This document shows, in pieces, positions 59,303-64,000 of a stretch of 64,000 bases of DNA; positions within the stretch are counted from its first letter, which is position 1, and the number at the start of each line of letters is the position of its first letter. The stretch lies in contig CAYFER010000002.1 of NCBI GenBank assembly GCA_964342185.1, positions 23,717-87,716 of the forward strand, given 5' to 3'. The notes under the pieces were generated by a model. It was not told the origin of the DNA. It saw nothing but the letters and a program-made list of their open reading frames with translations, and did not search any database. Position numbers and translations under genes: made by a program. The DNA comes from an uncultured Vicinamibacteraceae bacterium. Its GTDB lineage: Bacteria > Acidobacteriota > Vicinamibacteria > Vicinamibacterales > UBA8438.

Positions 59303-59824
59303 ATGGACCGATTAAACACCGGGTCCAAGTTAGATGGCTCAAGAATCTTATTGGGTGTGCTGGGCGGCACAGTCGCTATCCTCGACCAGACTACAAAAGC
59401 CATCGTTCGGGCTGTGCTCCCGCTACACGACAGCATAGAAATCATCCCAGGGTTGTTGAATTTTACTCATGCGCGCAATTATGGCGTTGCCTTTGGGTTT
59501 CTGAACAATGTGAACTTTCCCTTTAAAACCGCTTTCATGACGCTGGTAACGCTTACAGCATTGACCGCTATCAGTATCTATGCGGTGCGATCGGATATTC
59601 CACGGATGGCTGCAAGAATCGGTTTAGCCTTGGTAATCGGCGGAGCAATCGGCAACATCATTGATCGAGTCACCGCCGGTTATGTCGTCGATTTTGTCGA
59701 TTTTTATTGGCGTGGTTGGCACTTTTGGACTTTCAATGTCGCGGACGCAGGAATAACCGTCGGCGCATCGTTGCTGATCCTAGACATGATTTGGATGGAC
59801 AGGAATGTTTCCGAAACTATTTGA
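59303..59824 (+). CDS. lspA: Lipoprotein signal peptidase II
   Basis: DQ.TK, N.GVAFG, GGAIGNIIDR, VVDF and FNVAD motifs. Confidence 0.96.
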   Translation: MDRLNTGSKLDGSRILLGVLGGTVAILDQTTKAIVRAVLPLHDSIEIIPGLLNFTHARNYGVAFGFLNNVNFPFKTAFMTLVTLTALTAISIYAVRSDIPRMAARIGLALVIGGAIGNIIDRVTAGYVVDFVDFYWRGWHFWTFNVADAGITVGASLLILDMIWMDRNVSETI

Positions 59825-60617
59825 TCTTGGACCGATCAGTATCTATTCATACGGTGTACTGCTAGCGGCGGCCTACCTGATTGGCCTCTGGTACGCAACG
59901 ATCAGGGGAGAAGCGAGGGGACTGAATCGAGACCAGGTCATGGACCTAGGTATCTACATCATTGTTAGCGCACTGGTCGGTGCAAAACTCTTATTGGTCG
60001 TCGTTGAATTTGACCATTTTCGTCAAAACCCTGCTGAGATTTGGACTATCCTCCGCTCTGGCGGTGTGTTTTATGGTGGTTTACTCTTGTCTGTTGCTGT
60101 TGCCTTCTGGTTCATTCGGCGCCACAAGCTTCCATTTTGGACCACCTGCGATGCATTTGCTCCAGGAATCATCCTCGGACAAGCTGTGGGCCGGCTTGGG
60201 TGTCTGATGGCAGGTTGCTGTTACGGCGAACCAACTGAATCCTTCTTAGGTATCACATTTAGTCACACTCTTGCTGCAGCAAATGTGGGCACACCCCTAG
60301 GTGTGAGCCTGCACCCAACCCAGTTGTATGAATCTGTAGCGGCATTACTTATTCTTGGAAGTGTACTCTTAGCTGAACGGATGGGAAGAGGTTTTATAGG
60401 GAGGACCTTCTGGACCTATTTACTCTTATACCCAACTGCCAGGTTCGTGATCGAGTTCTATCGAGGCGACCCAAGGGGAACCGTCTTTGATCTGCTATCA
60501 ACATCTCAGTTCGTCTCATTACTCCTCATCCCAACCAGCATCGTCATGCTGATCATACTAGGACGAACTAGCAGGCCTAATCCAACTCACACAGACGTAA
60601 ACATGCGAGCGGCCTAG
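59805..60617 (+). CDS. lgt: Prolipoprotein diacylglyceryl transferase
   Basis: YG, G.VFYGG, GRLGC, HPTQLYE and RF.IEF.R motifs. Confidence 0.95.
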   Translation: MFPKLFDLGPISIYSYGVLLAAAYLIGLWYATIRGEARGLNRDQVMDLGIYIIVSALVGAKLLLVVVEFDHFRQNPAEIWTILRSGGVFYGGLLLSVAVAFWFIRRHKLPFWTTCDAFAPGIILGQAVGRLGCLMAGCCYGEPTESFLGITFSHTLAAANVGTPLGVSLHPTQLYESVAALLILGSVLLAERMGRGFIGRTFWTYLLLYPTARFVIEFYRGDPRGTVFDLLSTSQFVSLLLIPTSIVMLIILGRTSRPNPTHTDVNMRAA

Positions 60618-61597
60618 TGGCCTTTGTTAACATCGTTCGTATACAAGTCACTGCGGAATATGCCGGCCGACGCCTCGATCATGTTCTGACCGCAGAGATC
60701 GCCGACCGGACACGATCTCAAATTCAACGCCTTATAAAACAAGGTTTGGTTCACGTGGGCGACAAGGTCGCAGCCGTCAGCACGGTGGTTCGTGAGGGTG
60801 ACCTCGTTAGCCTAAGAATTCCTCCTCCTGAGCCAGCAACTCCGAGTGCTGAGGACCTTCCGCTCACGATAGTGTACGACGATACGGATATTGCAGTTGT
60901 CGACAAACCCACAGGGATGGTTGTACATCCGGCAGCCGGTCATCGTCGAGGCACACTCGTCAACGCACTACTGCATCACATTAAAGACCTTAGTGGCATC
61001 GGTGGTGAACGAAGACCTGGCATTGTTCATCGCCTAGACCGAGGCACATCCGGTCTAATAGTGATAGCCAAGAATGACCATTCACATTCTGAACTTTCTC
61101 GCCAATTTCGAGAACGACAAGTTCGTAAACATTACTTAGTAATGGTATGGGGTATCGTCCAGGCCGGCCGCCGAATCGATCTACCTATTGGCCGTGATCC
61201 GGTCAACCGAAAAAAGATTTCCACTCGTTCACGACGAAGTCGGGACGCCGAGACTCGCGTGACTAAAGCCGAACATCTTGAAGGTATCTCCTTTATTGAG
61301 GTATCCATTGCAACGGGCCGAACCCACCAGATTCGTGTCCACTTGAATGCCATAGGCCACCCTGTCGTAGGGGACCCCCTATATGGAGGGAAACGTCGCC
61401 ATAGCCCGCCACACCTTCGATCAGTCCAACGTCTAGACAGACCGTTTCTACATGCCGCGCAACTCTCGTTTCAACATCCGAAGGGAGGACAACCGGTCAC
61501 GTTTCACAGCCACTTGCCGTCTGACCTTCAGAGTGTTCTAGAGGATTTGCGAAATGCTAGTGCGCGTCGTCGCCTGCACCCAGATCACTCCTTGTAA
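60617..61597 (+). CDS. rluD: RluA/RluD family 23S rRNA pseudouridine synthase with S4 domain
   Basis: RLD S4 domain, KP.GMVVHP, HRLDRGTSG, TGRTHQIRVH and LHA motifs. Confidence 0.9.
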   Translation: MAFVNIVRIQVTAEYAGRRLDHVLTAEIADRTRSQIQRLIKQGLVHVGDKVAAVSTVVREGDLVSLRIPPPEPATPSAEDLPLTIVYDDTDIAVVDKPTGMVVHPAAGHRRGTLVNALLHHIKDLSGIGGERRPGIVHRLDRGTSGLIVIAKNDHSHSELSRQFRERQVRKHYLVMVWGIVQAGRRIDLPIGRDPVNRKKISTRSRRSRDAETRVTKAEHLEGISFIEVSIATGRTHQIRVHLNAIGHPVVGDPLYGGKRRHSPPHLRSVQRLDRPFLHAAQLSFQHPKGGQPVTFHSHLPSDLQSVLEDLRNASARRRLHPDHSL

Positions 61598-61624
61598 GCG
61601 TCGGTCGCCAACAGGAGAACCGTA

Positions 61625-62161
61625 ATGCAAGAATTCTCAGCTAAGCTTCTTAGAAGCGAAGTGGTTCACACAGGTCGAGTGTTCAACACAGTACGTGACC
61701 AGATAACCCTTCCAAATGGCAAACAAGCCACACTGGATATCGTGCGACATCCAGCTTCAGTAATTCTCCTCCCTATGCCAGACAACGCTCATTTAGTGTT
61801 AGTCCGGCAATATCGTTACGCCATTGACCAGTGGATCTGGGAATTACCTGCCGGAAATGTTGAACCAGGTGAAAACCTGGAAACTGCAGCAAGACGTGAA
61901 TGTCACGAAGAAATCTGTCGAATTCCTGAACGTGTTGAACGTATTGCAGACCTCTATCCAGCGCCTGGTTATTCAGATGAATTGATGGTGTTTTTTCGTC
62001 TGGTCGGACTTACAATGCCGTCACAAGTGGCGGATCTGGATGAGGACGAAATGCTTAAACCTCAGACTTTCGCCCTGGCCGAAGTAAGACGTTTGTTCAA
62101 TCAAGGAAAAATTGTCGACTTGAAAACAGCATTAGGTATCAAACTGCTCTTCGCTGCGTAA
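61625..62161 (+). CDS. Nudix hydrolase (ADP-ribose pyrophosphatase-like)
   Basis: RQYRY, ELPAG...GE....AARRECHEE and PG.SDE motifs. Confidence 0.9.
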   Translation: MQEFSAKLLRSEVVHTGRVFNTVRDQITLPNGKQATLDIVRHPASVILLPMPDNAHLVLVRQYRYAIDQWIWELPAGNVEPGENLETAARRECHEEICRIPERVERIADLYPAPGYSDELMVFFRLVGLTMPSQVADLDEDEMLKPQTFALAEVRRLFNQGKIVDLKTALGIKLLFAA

Positions 62162-62211
62162 AGAAAGTGAACAACTTAATTTCATACGTTCTTCCACACG
62201 GCACATCACAA

Positions 62212-63999
62212 CTATTGTACCGTCCCGTGAACCTGCGAACTGTCTGCTGGCGTCTCATCAGGTCGTCGTGGTCCTGTAACAGCAAGGAGCGCCAGTTCTA
62301 ACGCTTCACTAATCGTCGAAATATAGTGAACGTTAATCTCGCGCTTGAGTTCTGGACTTAGGTCTTCGTTAACATCCTTCTCGTTCTGTTTCGGTACGGC
62401 GACATTAAATACTCCGAGTCGGCGCGCTGCTAGTATTTTCTCCTTTATCCCACCAACCGGCAGCACGTGTCCCGATAAAGTGATCTCGCCGGTCATCGCC
62501 AAATCAGACCTAACTGTTCTCGCCGTCAAAGCCGACACAAGAGCGGTAACCATCGTGACGCCTGCCGAAGGCCCATCCTTCGGAATAGCCCCAGATGGAA
62601 CGTGGAGGTGAATTTCTGAGTCCTCATAGAAAGACGGCTCAACGCCGTAGGTTGAAACGTTCGCCCTGAACCAAGACAAGGCGGCCCTGGCCGATTCTTT
62701 CATTACCTCTCCCAAATGGCCTGTTAGTGTCAAAGAGCCAGAACCGGACATTCTCGTGGCTTCAACAAATAGAACTTCACCGCCAACTGGAGTCCAGGCT
62801 AGTCCAAGTGCCACGCCTGGATTCTTGGTTCGCTCGAGCACTTCCTCGTCAAGGAATTTCGGAGCGCCAAGCATCTCGACTACCAAATCAGCTGTCACTT
62901 CGATTGATTCGTCGGCACCCTCAGCTCTTCTCCGAGCAACCTTCCTGCAAATGGCTCCAATCTCTCGCTCTAGATTTCGCACACCTGCTTCCCGAGTGTA
63001 CCCACGGACAATTGCACGCAATGCCGATTCGCTGAATTGAAGTTGCTCCTTCGTGAGACCGTGATTTGGTATCTGGCGATCCACAAGATGATCTGTCGCA
63101 ATCATCAGTTTTTCGTCTTCCGTATAGCCGGGTAATTCAAGTACCTCCATCCGGTCACGCAGAGCAGGAGGAATCGGATCTAGAATATTGGCCGTCGTAA
63201 TAAACAGAACCTCTGACAGATCAAATGGAACGTCCAGATAATGGTCTCGGAACGCGTTGTTTTGCTCAGGGTCCAGCACCTCAAGGAGAGCCGAGGCCGG
63301 GTCACCACGAAAATCCATTCCTAGCTTATCTATTTCGTCCAAAATAAAAACTGGATTTCTCGACTCCGCTCTTCGAAGCCCTTGAATGATCTGGCCAGGC
63401 AAAGCTCCTATGTAGGTACGACGATGCCCACGAATCTCAGCTTCGTCACGCATCCCCCCCAATGAGACACGGACATACTTCCGGTCAATCGACGAGGCAA
63501 TCGATTTCGCCAACGAAGTTTTCCCAACTCCAGGGGGCCCCACAAAACACAAGATGGGGCCCTTGACGTCGGGATTTAATTTCCTGACGGCAAGATATTC
63601 AATTATGCGGTCTTTCGCTTTCTTGAGGTCAGAATGATCAGCATCAAGAACCTCTTTCGTGCGCTTAAGGTCAATGAGTTCTTTGGTTCGAACACTCCAA
63701 GGTAATGCCACCATCCAATCCAAATAGGTTCGCGACACTGTGTACTCTGCTGCAGCAACAGGCATCCGCGATAACCGATCAAGTTCGCGGAGTGCCTCCT
63801 TAGTGACGGCTTCGGGCATACCAGCAGCGTTAATCTTTTCCCGAAGTTCTTCAGCTTCTTTAGTTTGGTCGTCAGTCTCACCCAATTCCTTCTGGATAGC
63901 CTTAAGCTGCTCGCGAAGTAGATACTCACGCTGGTTCTTGCCAACCTCCGACTGAACCTCAGACTGGATCTTGGATCCCAGTTCAAGTACCTCTAATTC
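62212..63999 (-). CDS. lon: Lon protease (5' truncated by window edge)
   Basis: [22 protein letters not shown] (catalytic Ser) and GGIKEK motifs. The frame stays open to the window end ([11 protein letters not shown]...[19 protein letters not shown]). Confidence 0.97.
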   Translation of the reverse strand, partial: ELEVLELGSKIQSEVQSEVGKNQREYLLREQLKAIQKELGETDDQTKEAEELREKINAAGMPEAVTKEALRELDRLSRMPVAAAEYTVSRTYLDWMVALPWSVRTKELIDLKRTKEVLDADHSDLKKAKDRIIEYLAVRKLNPDVKGPILCFVGPPGVGKTSLAKSIASSIDRKYVRVSLGGMRDEAEIRGHRRTYIGALPGQIIQGLRRAESRNPVFILDEIDKLGMDFRGDPASALLEVLDPEQNNAFRDHYLDVPFDLSEVLFITTANILDPIPPALRDRMEVLELPGYTEDEKLMIATDHLVDRQIPNHGLTKEQLQFSESALRAIVRGYTREAGVRNLEREIGAICRKVARRRAEGADESIEVTADLVVEMLGAPKFLDEEVLERTKNPGVALGLAWTPVGGEVLFVEATRMSGSGSLTLTGHLGEVMKESARAALSWFRANVSTYGVEPSFYEDSEIHLHVPSGAIPKDGPSAGVTMVTALVSALTARTVRSDLAMTGEITLSGHVLPVGGIKEKILAARRLGVFNVAVPKQNEKDVNEDLSPELKREINVHYISTISEALELALLAVTGPRRPDETPADSSQVHGTVQ

Positions 64000-64000
64000 G

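Noticed and set aside
1-64000. CRISPR array, rRNA, transposase, integrase or prophage
   Set aside because: No regularly spaced repeats and no ORF with recombinase, transposase or phage motifs were seen.
1-64000. Selenoprotein (in-frame TGA) among the window's genes, prompted by selC
   Set aside because: The redox and metal proteins (IscA, FdhE, Mrp, zinc ribbons) have ordinary Cys codons, and the TGA-ending genes end at normal family boundaries. A dedicated SECIS search was not possible.

Overview
Gene-dense bacterial chromosome segment of about 60 CDSs and two tRNAs: tRNA-Ala(GGC) and tRNA-Sec(TCA). GC is roughly 50% by eye. The mix of genes suggests a diderm bacterium, possibly an acidobacterium, but that is inference only. 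Most content is housekeeping: lipB/E2, a three-gene Sdh1-like succinate dehydrogenase, thiO, thiD, a TPAT-type TRAP transporter, a CCA enzyme, infA, glk, pcm, Mrp, moaE/moaD, prfA-prmC, ileS-lspA-lgt-rluD and a partial lon. I saw no CRISPR array, integrase, transposase or rRNA. The items most worth follow-up are: (1) a BRCT-MerR HTH-QLxLxF-TPR protein; (2) a Fur fused to a rubrerythrin/ferritin-like di-iron domain, within an erpA-led gene run; (3) a GC-richer recC-recB-recD cassette near tRNA-Ala, bracketed by two small HicB-like proteins; (4) a J-domain protein lacking HPD and carrying an exact 27-bp internal duplication; (5) an MDH-fold protein lacking its catalytic motifs; (6) a MoaD whose Gly-Gly end is masked, with CAA where a TAA stop would be expected; (7) a recurrent leaderless-gene layout, with a -10 hexamer 5-7 nt before the start codon. 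All calls come from recognising motifs by eye; no database searches were run.
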